A stretch of 64,000 nucleotides of DNA from Ruditapes philippinarum. Lineage: Eukaryota. The stretch covers positions 310,001 through 374,000 of the forward strand of contig NW_026855417.1 of the NCBI RefSeq assembly GCF_026571515.1, read 5' to 3'. Shown piece after piece: positions 1 to 14,135 of the stretch. The position numbers and the translations under genes were made by a program. The notes beneath the pieces were generated by a model that saw nothing but the letters and a program-made list of their open reading frames with translations, did not search any database and was not told where the DNA came from. How positions within the stretch are numbered: the stretch's first letter is position 1; each line of letters begins with the position of its first letter.

Positions 1-390
1 GACAGGACCACGTACCATACGTATTTTTTTCTTTTTCACGTTTGAAAGATTCCATGCGGTTATAAATATTCTTTGAAAATCATCAAAATGTAATTTCCAA
101 TTTATTTTTTTATTATTTAATTTATTTCTTTTCATCGTAGATGTCACTTATACAGGGTGACCTAAGCCGCATTTTATACCTGAAGATTTTCGTTTAGAGT
201 GTGCATGCGTGAGTTTAAGGCATATATGAGGTATTTATTACATGCTTTTCGGTGGTTTATAGAAATATATCAGTGATATAAAACTGGTAATTTCACTGTT
301 TGAAACAGTGAAATTACCACTTTGATAATTTCACTGTTTTGAATTTAAGCCCCTTACGTTGTTTCAGTAAAATACCAGCGTGCATAGAAC

Positions 391-456
391 TAGTCTGGTT
401 CCCGTCGTACTATAAAATTTATTGAACGGAGAGAAAAGGGCAGGTAATCCAGACTA
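391..456. mobile_element. 66-bp miniature TIR element (possibly AcademH-type MITE) nested in an older repeat
   Basis: Termini TAGTCTGG...CCAGACTA. Flanked by GCATAGAAC (382-390) and GCACAGAAC (457-465), a 9-bp TSD with one mismatch. Confidence 0.55.
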
Positions 457-1064
457 GCACAGAACTGGGTACCAACTTAATGACGTGACGTCGTAAATGA
501 CGTCACGTTGTATTATTATTTGGGGCGCTTTTCATTCAGTATTATGTTTAATGTCTTTTTAAAACGTTTCTTTGCATATAATAAAAAGAAAATTTGTTTA
601 GTTTAGTGAGAAAATTTGTTTAGTTTAGTGGAAGATCGAAATATATTTCACCTTGTGAACACCAAAAGTTCATATTTCACTCGTGGCTGCGCCACTCGTG
701 AATTATACATTTTGGGGCTCAATTGGTGAAATATATTCCGATCATACACTGAACTAAACAAATATCCTCTATTTAATGAATTTGCAGACGACATTTACAT
801 AACGTGAACATTATGAAATTCACGCCGTATTTTACACAGAATAATTTTATATTTAATTTAGCTATCGATCGTCCGGTATATAGTCGGAATCAAGTAACTA
901 GAATGACTTAGCAAGATATATGGTCGTTCGCTTATCAAAAAGACTTTGACAATTTTAAGCTATACTTCTACGAAATATAAGCTGGTCGTCGGAGCCTTGA
1001 AGTTATGGTCATGAACCGGCCAACATTGAGCCCGACCAGGCTCTATAATGTGGTGGTGGTGGTA

Positions 1065-1325
1065 GTAGATTTACTCCGGATTAAGGCAGTAAGCCACAAT
1101 GAATTATCAAGAGCATAGTTCAGCCACCGCATCATTCCTGGGCAGACTGTCAAGCATTTTACAAGTTCTAGTTGCCTTCACTTTTGCAAGGAACTGATTA
1201 CTTCTGTACAGGATGCAAGATCAGAGGTACAGAGCGAACGGCCGTAGATTAAACACAACAAAATTTACCTGCACCGTCCGGAAATCGACCCCCGGATGGC
1301 CGATTCTCAGCCCCAACCTCTAACT
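1065..1325 (-). mobile_element. Degenerate tRNA-derived SINE
   Basis: B-box-like GGTCGATTTCC on the minus strand near 1280-1292, a SINE-like body and a (GGT)n/(AGT)n tail at the left end. Boundaries approximate. Confidence 0.4.
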
Positions 1326-3045
1326 ATTGAGCTAAATAAAAGGTACCGTCTTGTATGTTTGTAAGTAAATTGTTATATTTTACGTTTTCAAATCCTTGAA
1401 CCTTAAGGGAACAGTCAATTAAGCTGTGCAAATCCGTTTGGTAAAGTCGTTTATTAGGTTGGGTTTTAAACGTTAGGTTAAAAAAGAGTTTTTTTGTGGC
1501 TATAATTCTAGTGTCAAAATTTGTTGAGTTTATCTTTGCTCCCAAGCTTTTTAATTAACACCAATAACCATCTGAATTTTTAAATGAGGGGTTTAGCTTT
1601 CATTTTCAGAATGATTATTATTATCAAAAATCATAATGGCGGCCAGATTAATAAAGTGATATATTGGATTGCCCTAACTGTTTAAATGTCAATATGCAAG
1701 TTAATAAAACCACCGTGGATTTGCGACTCCCAATATGGTATTTCAGGCGTGCAAATATTTGCGTGACGTCTTACCCTTTTTAAAATTATAGTTAAGAGCT
1801 AATTTAGCAGAAAGAAAAGAAGAATTTTTTTTCGACTTTCTAGGGAATCGTCTTGTTTACAAAAAATTTGTTAACATGTCAATGGGTCGAAACTACAAAT
1901 TTTAAAAAAATTCTAAAAAATAAACAAAGATTAAAAAAGGCAACTTTTTGCAAAATGATAAATTTAAAAAAGTTTGTTAGATTAAAGATTGCGTTTCTCC
2001 CGATAAAGATTCATGGAATATTTTTGATAACTTAATTAAAAAACTTTTATTTTGCGTTTAAAATGATTTTTAAATTTTAAAAACCCGATGGGCAAATATA
2101 AAAATTTTTAGAACGATTGAAGCTATTTTAAAAAAGGGATACCAATAAATGGTATTCATCCTTCTTTGTCACAATGTATTGCAAATAAACAATATCTGTT
2201 GATACGAGGTGTATTATTTCTATTGTATCTCCAGTCTTATTCTTAAAGGATTGTAAATAACTTTCTAACAAAAAATAATATCTATATTTACGAGGCAGAA
2301 ATCAAATAATTTCATACAAAATTTGCTTAAAAATTCTTGTAATTAACAAACTGGGCTCCGTTCTAATGAAGCAAACCCCCAACATAGTAACACCGGAACC
2401 CAGGCAAGGCGCCCACCTACTGATTTAAAAATTTTATTTACTTTGAGAATCAAGCTGGGGAATAAAGAGTAAACGAAAGTAATTTTTTTTAAGATCGTTT
2501 TAGAAAATTAAGTAAATGTTGTTATTTTTGTTTAGTAATTTTTTAATTTCAATTCAAGTGGTTTAGAATAAAAAAAAAACACATGTTTTTGGTTGAAGTT
2601 GAAGAATAATCCCGAGAGAAAAAAACGTGTCATCGAGGCATTATTCACATGTATCAATCATATAATGTTATATTAACCGAAAGAAATTGATTGCACTGGA
2701 TTTGTCAGTATCATGTGCTTAATGTTGCCAGGATAAAGCTCCACCATCCTAAACCTGCAAATCGTATTATCGACGATGAGCTAAAAGAGAAAGAAAATTT
2801 ACTAATGAGAATGCATTTTTCATTTTAAAAATGGTTAGACTGAAAATTTAACTGCATGATAGAGATAAAGTGTTGTTCCATTCTGTTGTGTTGTGTTATA
2901 TTCTGTTCCAATAAATAAATTGTAAGTTTAAAGATGGTTAAAAATAGCACATTAAAGTTTAAGTCATACGCGAGTGCATTTAAGTAAAAGTTTTAATTAT
3001 ATTTATGGTCACGGTGTTCTACTGCATATTGGTGATTTTCTTAAA

Positions 3046-3387
3046 GGGATCCCTGCGTGTTTTTAGACATGACGGGTCTATACATATGTGTTTGGAGATT
3101 GATGTTCTAGATGAAGGTTTAGACAAATAACATGTGTGCTAACTTTCAGATCATGCGCTCACTCTGTTATTTCGGTCTGATTATTCTAATTGCGAAAAAT
3201 GATCCAAAATTCAAAAGCGTTGCAACGCATGTCACTCAAATCGGGCTAAGAAAAAAAAGTTTATTTATTTCTGAGTATATTTTTAAATTTTCTTTTGAAT
3301 ATATTTATGTTTTGAGTGCCCCAATAGATCTATGTAAAAATCAAATTATATATTTTTTGAGCTTTTGGACCTTAGTGGATTTCCTTT
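3046..3387. mobile_element. Non-autonomous TTAA-flanked (Kolobok-like) DNA element
   Basis: Starts TTAA-AGGGATCCC and ends GTGGATTTCCTTTA. A related copy begins at about 60654 (TTAA-AGGGACTCCACTGGG...GACATG...GACGGG, later TTTTGGACCT). Confidence 0.4.
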
Positions 3388-3574
3388 ATAAAAAATCTCT
3401 GAAAAAAAGAATAATTGGATGAAACTGACATTTTCTTGAAATACAGGTATCAGTTATTTTACACTTTCATCCACAGTGTGTCCATTATCAAGCAAGTAAT
3501 TTAAGGATTCAGTTTGTTTATACAAATCTATTTTAGTTCAATTGTGATGGAAACTAAAAGCTTATTGAAACACT

Positions 3575-3722
3575 CGAAATCCATTCCTGGAACCAACCAG
3601 TACTAAGCAATGCATGTAGTTCCTTGCTCAAGATAACAACGATTCGCACCTAACTGGGTTTGAACCCACGCGATCAGCAATCCTTAGATTACTAGTCTGA
3701 CGCGTTAACAACACCGCCACCG
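3575..3722 (-). mobile_element. tRNA-derived SINE fragment
   Basis: Minus strand reads GTGGCGGTGTTGTTAACGCG...GGGTTCAAACCC (A and B boxes), followed by a conserved SINE-core-like segment (plus strand CCTTGCTCAAG). Confidence 0.6.
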
Positions 3723-5210
3723 ACAAAGGACTCTGTAAACTGTTGTAGAATGAATGTTAAATTTTATGCTAAGCATTATTATGAATAAGAATTAATGTTT
3801 TTATTTTAATTTTTAGGATGTTTTAAATATAAAAACAATACCTCCATGCTGTCATTTGTTTGGAATTTGAAAGTAATACGTGTTTTTCCTCTGAGATGCA
3901 CTTCTTACGATAGCCTGTGCCGACCGTTCCTTGGCATTCTCTTTGCCTTTAGTGTACATGACAACTGGCAATGGAAAAAAGTATAAATGCTGACAAAAAT
4001 ATGTTTGAACACCATCAATAATTCAACACAACATACAAATGGGAATAACATGTAGTAATATTTTATCAAAAACTGTATTATAGTAGATTGTTATTGGTAT
4101 ATGTATTGAATTCACCATTTGCAATGTTTTATCGGGCTTCTTGTATATAGAATTGAAATATTGCCATTATGATTATGTACGGAGCTCGAAACCAGTGTGT
4201 AGTCATCTACGAGTTAAACTATACTCCGAACAATTCAGTCAAAAGAAAACAAAATAGCTTTATTGTCTTTCATGAGAAAAAACAAAACGAAAAACTGACT
4301 GAACGGCGATTCCTGGCATTTTTGGAATTGCTTTTACTTCTTGTAATCTATGATTGTTTTATAAATTATGATTGCTTATAAACAATAAAATAATTATATT
4401 TACATGACCATTGAACTGCTGTTACTATTAAAGTAGTAGTCTGGACCTTTTATGGTGATATTGTCAGCAAATGTTATCCCATTCCTAAAAAAATGATAAA
4501 AGCAATTGGTATAAGTCTTTTCAGAAAACAGCACTTGTTAATTTAATAAAATTATGTTTAGAAAATTATAAATATGCTCTCGTGAATTAAATGAACACTT
4601 GTTCATATGCTGTGTAAGGGATATTAGACAATATTAGCTGGCAGTTATTTTAATTGCATTATTGTACTTTAAATTAAGATTTTTTTACAATCTTTTGTTT
4701 CCGTTCAAACACAGATGTCTTTTCAATTTCACATTCCAAGGTGAAAATTAAACGGTGACTTAACTAAATTAATCTCTGTTATATAATAATTGTTTCTTTG
4801 TTGTTGCTTTTTTTCACATCCATTTTGTTTCATTTTTCTTTTGCATGACCATTTAGTTTAGTATTTTTTACTTGCAAAATACCTCTTTTTTAAAAATAAT
4901 GTCTTTGATATTTTCAACTAAATGAATTTTGTGCATGATAATGCCATGAACTGTATAGATGTAAACTGTTTAAACTGGGACAGGACACTCATAAGCTTCG
5001 AAAGCTTTCTGCCTAATCCCAAATGTATTGTATAAATATTGTTCATTATAATGTAAATATATCGAATAAAATATGTTTAAACCAACGGATATTAGCCTGC
5101 TTGTCTCTCAGTAAAATTATCTTTTTTATAATACTTCACTATATAAATGAGATAGAAACATTTTTCTATGCTTGAGATCTGAGGTATATTGTATGTATTT
5201 GAACATGGCA

Positions 5211-6240
5211 CATATAACGTACATAAATATATGATCATATACCGTACATGAATACATGATCATATAACGTACATAAATACATGATCATATACCGTACATT
5301 AATACATGATCATATACCGTACATTAATACATGATCATATAACGTACATTAATACATGATCATATACCGTACATTAAAACATGATCATATAACGTACATT
5401 AATACATGATCATATAACGTACATTAATACATGATCATATAGCGTACATTTAAACATGATCATATACCGTACATTAATACATGATAATATACTGTACATT
5501 AATACATGCTAATATATCGTACATTAATACATGATCATATACCGTACATAAATACATGATCATATAACGTACCTTTATACATGATCATATAACGTACATT
5601 AATACATGATCATATACCATACATTAATACATGATCATATACCATACATTAATACATGATCATATAATGTACATAAATACATGATCATATACCGTACATT
5701 AATACATGATCATATACCGTACATAAATACATGATCATATAACGTACATTTATACATGATCATACAGCGTACATTAATACATGATCATATACCGTACATG
5801 AATACATGATCATATAACGTACATTTATACATGATCATATAACGTACATACATACATGATCATATACCGTACATTAATACATGATCATATACCGTACATG
5901 AATACATGATCATATAACGTACATTTATACATGATCATATAACGTACATTAATACATGATCATATACCGTACATTAATACATGATCATATACCGTACATG
6001 AATACATGATCATATAACGTACATTTATACATGATCATATAACGTACATTAATACATGATCATATACCATACATTAATACATGATCGTATAACGTACATT
6101 AATACATGATCATATAACGTACATACATACATGATCATATACCGTACATTAATACATGATCATCGTAAATTAATACATGATCATATAACGTACATAAATA
6201 CATGATCATATAACGTACATTAATACATGATCATATACCG
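5211..6240. repeat. 25-bp minisatellite, about 41 copies
   Basis: Consensus CATGATCATATACCGTACATTAATA, with period 25 read directly. Confidence 0.95.
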
Positions 6241-7032
6241 AAGAAAATTATATTGGATCTCAGTCAAACATTGTCTCAAATCTTTTGATTTTAAAATATT
6301 TTCAGTTAATGTGATTTTATCTTTAATTCACGCATGTAAATGCAAGTAACAATATAATAACATAAGATCTATTGCTATATACATTTGCATTATTTATTAT
6401 TAATTATTATTAATTATTAATAATTATTGATTATTAATTATTAATGATTATTTATTAATTATTGTTATAAATTACTAGACTTCGAATCTTTGTAAGCTAT
6501 GTCAATACAATTTTTAACGAATATTGTTTCAAAATTACACAAAATGATATCATTTTATGTGCCGATTTAAGATCCTGTAACACAATTTTTTCATGGTTTT
6601 ATTTCATAAATATAATGCTCAAATTAAGATTTGTCAATATTGTAAGTTCCAATAAGCATTATTTATAAAGATATTACCCAATTTAACATTTCATGTAAAT
6701 AAAGGGAGGTAATTAGAAATATATTTTCTATAAATTCTAAGTCAAATTTTCCAATAAGAAATAAATGCCTGTAATTTATTGATTAAATTTAATGTGCACA
6801 AATATTTGCAGTACACATTTTACATATTCTTCGATGTTTGAAAATTGTTTTATTTGCATAAATATGTACATATATAATTTTTTGCTAGTGTGGTATTCAT
6901 ACAGTAAAAATATCAATCACAAAACATACAGGATCTTTAACACAAAAACAATATGTTAATTTAACAGAAAACTAAACAGAAAACGACTTTATGCTATACA
7001 AGTAAATGCTTCACATAAAATCTTACATTTCC

Positions 7033-7118
7033 TCAATGGTCGTCACAATAGACAGGACTGTACCTCTCATCATGCCATTCATGAAATCTGGAATATCGAT
7101 GGGAATCCCAGCCGCTGC
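7033..7118 (-). other. Candidate orphan terminal coding exon
   Basis: GC-richer island with a TTTTAG acceptor (7120-7119). One frame reads (G)SGWDSHRYSRFHEWHDERYSPVYCDDH*. No recognisable family. Confidence 0.25.
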
Positions 7119-9099
7119 CTAAAATATTGATAAATATTTTATACATAGCACACACGCACGCACGCACGCACGCGAACGCACACATACTGACAAACACACA
7201 CACACAAGAGCGCACATACACACCAAAATCAATTAGGCAAATGTTCACAAAAATGTTCCTAAATCGACATTTAAGCGATAAAAACTAATTTTGTGTTGTC
7301 TCATTATTTTTTAACATAGCGTCCCGAGAGTTATTTTTAACGCAACTGTAACGTTCGTTTCTAAAAATTGAAGATCGGGGCTTACAGAAAGAGGTTCGGC
7401 AGATTAGAGGTATCGAAGGGCTTCCCTATTTCTTATGTTTTTTAACGATGGCGAATTTTATTTTTCACCTTAATTACAAGCAAGGATTTATCTAAAAATA
7501 ATATATAACTTTTAGAAAAGCTGAAGGCCGCTTTTTATATTTAGGTGATAATATCAATTTAGCCGTCTGTACTTAATAAGTTGTTAAACCTTATGACTGA
7601 TAAAATGTTTGGATTTCCAAGTGATAACATTGTGGCTTTCCACCAGAAATAATTGTAACTGTTTAATATCAATTTGTTAAATCAGGATAACCTGTGTATA
7701 TTTGATATATTATGAATGTTCCATTGTGTTGACATTGAATCCACTTTCAGAAGAACTATAAATTTTGCGCATAAAACTTGTATAAATAGAATATCCCTCG
7801 TACATTAATAAGTAAATAAATATAAATGAAAAATATCAAATATTCCAAAATTCATTGAATAAATAAAAATGTTAATAGAAATGTTTCAAATTTTATCTTT
7901 AAAATGTTTTAATAAAGAACACATGTTGTTTATTCATAGTTTCTATTTGGCATGTTGATGTCATGATATTTAATTTGTACCATATGTAAAACCCTGTATT
8001 GTACTATAGATATTTACAATGACCTTGACTGACTGACAGGCTGGCTGAACAGACAGACAGACAGACACGCTGTCATTGTATAGGTTAAAGGTCAAGGTCT
8101 TCAAGTTAAAAATTAAAACGTTACACAATTTCTATTAATCTTTAACACCTTGAAAGATTTTCTTCAAACTTGACTCAAATTTTCACCTGAACAAGACAGT
8201 GTGTGCAGGTTAAGGTCACCAGGGAAGGTCAAATGTCTAACAATTTGTGTGGCTTTCAGCTGAAGGATTTTCTTTAAACTTTGTTCTAATGTTCACATCA
8301 ACAAGGTCATGTGCATAACCTATGTCACGGCTGTGCAGACTCAGTATTAATATCATAAATTGAAACATATGTCATTGTTTATAGGATGATTTCGCACATA
8401 TTTTTAGCAAATTAACCCCATCCCGTTCCCTTTGAAGACATCTATTAGAAAAGCCATTATCGTTTTCTTAAAGGCACATTTATGTCTCAGAAATGCTTTC
8501 ATGTATTGTGTTCTCTAAAAAACTTTAACGATTTGTATCTTGTTACCAGTTTCCATACAAAATACTCATTTACTTATAGATGAACTACCCGTTTCTTCTT
8601 TTGCTCTGTTGGCAATTGCTGTAATTATAGTGAAGTAGTATTGTATATGTAAGTCAATATACTACTATATATTTACATTTTAGCACAAGAAGAAAAAGAT
8701 CATCGTTAAGTAAGTTGGTCAGCAAATACGAGTAGTGTAGAGATTGGTCCACAGACTGTCCTGAGGTCTATACTGGTTGAAAAGGTCAATTAGAGGGATA
8801 AGGGTAAGAAAGTTCCTTTTCAGAAATTTCCGTATAGCTAAAACACACACCTTAATTGCTTTTTAAGTATGATAACCTAATCTATGCCCATAATCGATTC
8901 TCTTTGATCAGGTTCATATAAATATTATATGTTTCCTGTAAAGTTCTTACATTACTTATCCTACTTGAAGTGGTACTTATAAAGGTAACTAGAGTGTGAG
9001 TGAAGTTGGTAGTGAGAGTGGTAGTTAAATTTGTAAGAGAGAGGGGAGAGGGTGGAAAATGAGAGTTTTAATGAAATTATAATTGAGTGTGGGACAGAA

Positions 9100-12058
9100 G
9101 CTGGTAGTTAGAATGATAGTAAGAGTGATAGAGTGATACTTAGAGTGATAGAGTGAAAGTTAGAGTGATAGTTAGAGTGACAGAGTGGTAGTTAGAGTGG
9201 TAATTAGATAGAAAGAGTGAAAGTTAGAGTGATAGAGTGAAAGTTAGAGTGGTAGTTAGAGTGATAGTTAGAGTGATAGAGTGAAAGTTAGAGTGGTAGT
9301 TAGAGTGGTTGTTAGAGTGGTAGTAAGAGTGATAGAGTGAAAAGTTAGAGTGATAGTTAGAGTGAAAGTAAGAGTTAGAGTGGTAGTCAGAGTGAAAGTT
9401 AAAGTGTACTGGACTTGTAAGTGAGAGTGGCACTAAACTTGTAAGTGAGAGTGGTACTGGACATGTTAGTGAGATTGGTACTGGACTTGTTAGTGAGAGT
9501 GGTACTGGACTTGTTAGTGAGAGTGGTACTGGACTTGTAAGTGAGAGTGGTACTGGACTTACTAGTGAGAGTGGTACTGGTCTTGTTAGTGAGAGTGGTA
9601 CTGGACTTATTAGTGAGAGTGGTACTGGTCTTGTGAGAGTGGTACTGGTCTTGTTAGTGAGAGTGGTAAAGGACTTATTAGTGTAATTGGCACTGGACTT
9701 GTGAGAGTGGTACTGGTCTTGTTAGTGAGAGTGGTACTGGCATTTTTAGTGAGAGTGGTACTGAACTTGTTAGTGAGAGTTGTACTGAACTTGTTAGTGA
9801 GAGTGGTACTTGACTTATCAGTGAGAGTGGTACGGCACTTGAACGTGAGAGTGGTACTGAAATTGTTATAGAGAGTGGTACTGGACTTGTTAGTGAGAGA
9901 GGTACAGGGCTTGTCAGTAAGTGTGTTACAGGACATGTTAGTGAAAGTTGTACTGGAATTGTTAGTGAGAGTTGTACTGGACTTGTTAGTAAGAATGATA
10001 CTGGACTTATTAGTGAGAGTGGTACTGCACTTGTAAGTGAGAGTGGTACTGAAATTGTTATTGAGAATGGTACTGGACTTATTAGTGAGAGTGGTACTGG
10101 ACTTGTTAGTGAAAGTGGTTCTGGACTTATAAGTGAGAGTGGTACTGGAATTGTTAGTGAGAGTTGTACTGGAATTGTTAGTGAGAGTGGTACTGCACTT
10201 GTAAGTTAGAGTGGTTCTGGACTTATTAGTGAGAATGGTACAGGACTTGTTAGTGAGAGCAGTACTGGACTTTTTAGTGAGAGAGGTACAGGACTTGTTC
10301 GTAAGAATGGTTCAGCACTTGTTAGTGAGAGTTGTACTGGACTTGTTAGTGAGAGCTGTATGGAACATGCAAGTTAGAGTGGTACTGGACTTATAAGTGA
10401 GAGTGGTTCTGGACTTATTAATAACAGTGGTTCTGGACTTTTTAGTTTGAGTAGAACTGAACTTGTTAGTGAGAATGGTACTGGATGTGTTAGTGAAATT
10501 GGTACTGGACTTATAAGTGAGAGTGGTACTGGACCTATTAGTGAGAATGGTACTGAACTTGCTAGTGAGTGTGGTACTGGACTTATTAGTGAGAGTGGTC
10601 CTGGACTTGTGAGATTGGTACTTGACTTATTAGTGACAGTGGTACTGGACTTGTTAGTAAGATTTGTATAAGACTTGTGAGTGAGAGTGGTACTGGACTT
10701 ATTAGTGAGAGTGGTACTGGACTTGTTAGTGAGAGTGGTACTGGACTTGTTAGTGAGAGTGGTACTGGACTTGTTAGTGAGAGTGGTACTGGACTTGTTA
10801 GTGAGAGTGGTACTGGACTTGTTAGTGAGAGTGGTACTGGACTTGTTAGTGAGAGTGGTACTGGACTTGTTAGTGAGAGTGGTACTGGACTTGTTAGTGA
10901 GAGTTGTACTGGACTTGTTAGTGAGAGTGGTACTGGACTTGTTAGTGAGAGTTGTACTGGACTTGTTAGTGAGAATGGTACTGGATTTATTAGTGAGATT
11001 GGTATTGGACTTGTTTATGAGAGAGGTACTGGACTTGGTAGTGAGATTGGTACTGGATTTGTTAGTAAGACTGGTACTGGACTTATAAGTGAGAGTGATA
11101 CTGGACTTGTTATTGAGAGTGGTACTGAACTTGTTAGTGAGGGTGGTACTGGACTTGTTAGTGAGAGTGGTACTGGACTTATTAGTGAGAGTGATATTGG
11201 ACTTGTTACTGAGAATGGTACTGAACTTGTTAGTGAGAGTTGGACAGGACTTGTTAGTGAGAGTGGTACTGGACTTGTTAGTGAGAGTGGTACTGGACTT
11301 GTTAGTAAGAGGGGTACAGGACTTGTTAGTAAGAGTTGTACTGGACTTGTTAGTGAGAGAGGTACATGACTTGTTAGTATGAGTGGTACTGGCCTTGTTA
11401 GTGAGAGTTGTACTGGACTTGTTAGTAACAATGATACTTGACTTATTAGTGAGAGTGGTTCTGAAATTGTTATTGAGAGTTGTACTGGACTTGTTAGTTA
11501 GAAAGGTACAGGACTTGTTAGTAACAGTGGTACAGGACTTGTTAGTGAGAGCTGTACTGGACTTGTTAGTGAGAGTGGTACAGGTTTTGTAAGTAAAAGT
11601 GGTACAGGACCTGTAAGTAAAAGTGGTACAGGACCTGTAAGTAAAAGTGGTACAGGACCTGTAAGTAAAAGTGGTACAGGACCTGTAAGTAAAAGTGGTA
11701 CAGGACCTGTAAGTAAAAGTGGTACAGGACCTGTAAGTGAAAGTGGTACAGGACCTGTAAGTAAAAGTGGTACAGGACCTGTAAGTAAAAGTGGTACAGG
11801 ACCTGTAAGTAAAAGTGGTACAGGACCTGTAAGTAAAAGTGGTACAGGACCTGTAAGTGAAAGTGGTACAGGACCTGTAAGTGAAAGTGGTACAGGACCT
11901 GTAAGTGAAAGTGGTACAGGACCTGTAAGTAAAAGTGGTACAGGACCTGTAAGTAAAAGTGGTACAGGACCTGTAAGTAAAAGTGGTACAGGACCTGTAA
12001 GTGAGAGTTGTACTGGAATTGTTAGTGAAAGTTGTACTGGACTTGTTAGTGAGAGTGT
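9100..12058. repeat. Compound satellite: 8/12-bp zone, then 24-bp GTTAGTGAGAGTGGTACTGGACTT, then 24-bp variant GTAAGTAAAAGTGGTACAGGACCT
   Basis: Periods read directly. Zones at about 9100-9400, 9400-11585 and 11585-12000. Confidence 0.95.
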
Positions 12059-13644
12059 GATTTGCCGTGGAGATTGTAGTGAGATTTGATTAGTGTAGGT
12101 CATAATCAAGTTGGGCTTCTTGAAGGCATGACCTAAATGATCGTTTTGTCCACGTATCCATTTAGAAATTACCAAGTTACAGCCAATTTTATCAAAAATA
12201 TAACAAGTTCAGTCAGGTCTACTTGAAGGTCTTCTCTAAAGGGTTGTTGTGTCCAAGTATGAAGACAATCCATTATGTAATAAAATGTAATGGCCAACGT
12301 TAAAGATTCTAGACAGCAACGGCAACAACCTAACTCTAGCAAAAGCTTGAATTTTTCTCGAAAAAGAAGAGCTAAAAGGGATGAAGAATTGTCTTCCAAA
12401 AATATATTTTATTCTTGTCAATGTATAAAGAATAGATAAAACATATCCTATAGAAGGAGTTAAATAATTCGTTACTATTCTATACATTATCCAGTTCAAA
12501 ACAATAAAACTATAAGGATCATACACCGGCTGTCGGTACAGACCGGAATATATAACTCTTTACGGCGATAACACGGTACTGCCGAGTTTCTGTTAAACAT
12601 TTACTTGAGAGCTATATATTCCTGTTTGTGACGACACCCTGTGTTTGATTCTTTTTCTTGCATATTATAAATTAATGATATTGAGGAAAGAAATTACAAA
12701 ATCTAATATTTTCATTTAGCACTATTTTCTTATAGAAGCGTATGAATTTATTACTTCATTCATAACGGCACATGACGTCATCCAAATAACGTAATTTATT
12801 CACAAAGGCGCGTGCGTATGACATCATTTAAAACACATGATTTGTCTTACAAGGGGATGCAAGACAAATTTTTCTGATATGCAAGTTCATTAGTCATAGC
12901 AAGACAACTTTATATCAATAATAAGTTGAAAACTTTGAATCAATTAAAAAATCAAATTTAACATAATGCTTGTTTCTGAAAAACAATATTAAAAAAAAAT
13001 AATTTGTTAGCAAAAATAAAAACATACTTCAATTCAACAGAAATCCCCCATGGTGTTCTTTGTTCAAGGTTTGCTTCAAACAACAGTTTACTTTATACTC
13101 ATACATGAAAACAAAATACATATTGCCTTGCTGAAGTTTACAAATGTAATTTAAACCGACAAATGAACATTAACAATTTGTCTTCATAGGATCTAAAATT
13201 TTGAAATATAATATCATTACATACAAATATGTATTATTAATATCAAACTTGTAACCATACAATGACACTTTATTATAACATTGAATATCTTCTATTATCA
13301 TTATGTACAGCGAGAGATATTATGAAGAAACTATTAGCAACAGTTAAAACAGTTTAAATTGCGGAAATATCAAACAGTATATAAACTTGTCAGAGATCTA
13401 TCATCAAAGTGTACTTGCTGTTAAGATAAAACTTGATGTTTCACCACCATGTCAACAATACAACTACAGAACAATATGGCACATTTATATAAATCCACAT
13501 AATGTCTTGTACATGACAAGAAACCCACAATAACATTAAAACCAGTATAACATTCATATCAAAATAAAATTATAACCTAAAATAATATTATAGGCGGAGT
13601 ATGGTTGAGACGATGTCGTCGTACGTTTTCCTAATACACAAAAA

Positions 13645-14135
13645 GTGCAGTAAGAAACTAAGAAACTGCAGTCAATAAACAAAGCGATCTGCAGCAAGAA
13701 ACAAAGAAACAAGCTGCAGCAAGAAACTGCAGTCAGTAAACAATGAAATCTGCAGCAAGAAACAAAGAAACAAGCTGCAGCAAGAAACTGCAGTCAGTAA
13801 ACAATAAAATCTGCAGCAAGAAACAAAGAAACAAGCTGCAGCAAGAAACTGCAGTCAGTAAACAATAAAATCTGCAGCAAGAAACAAAGAAACAAGCTGC
13901 AGCAAGAAACTGCAGTCAGTAAACAATGAAATCTGCAACAAGAAACAAAGAAACTGCAGCAAGAAAATGCAACCAGATAACAAAGAAACTGCAGCAAGAA
14001 ATAAAGAAACTACTTTCAATAAACAAAGAAAGTGCAGCACATAACAAAGAAACTGTATCAAGAAACTGCAGCACCTAAACAAAGCTACTGTAGCCAACTA
14101 ACAAAGAATCATCAGCCAATAAACAAAGAAACAGC
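13645..14135. repeat. 61-bp higher-order tandem repeat built from CTGCAG-containing subunits, with degenerate edges
   Basis: AGTCAGTAAA recurs at 13731, 13792, 13853 and 13914. Confidence 0.9.

Noticed and set aside
9120-9400. TTAGAG repeats as interstitial telomere
   Set aside because: Not TTAGGG, the period is 8/12 bp, and it is continuous with the adjacent satellite.
9224-12175. Long repetitive ORFs such as (SESGTGLV)n, (VVLDLLVR)n and (LTGPVPLL)n
   Set aside because: By-products of a 24-bp satellite that is open in several frames on both strands. No splice signals or unique domain.
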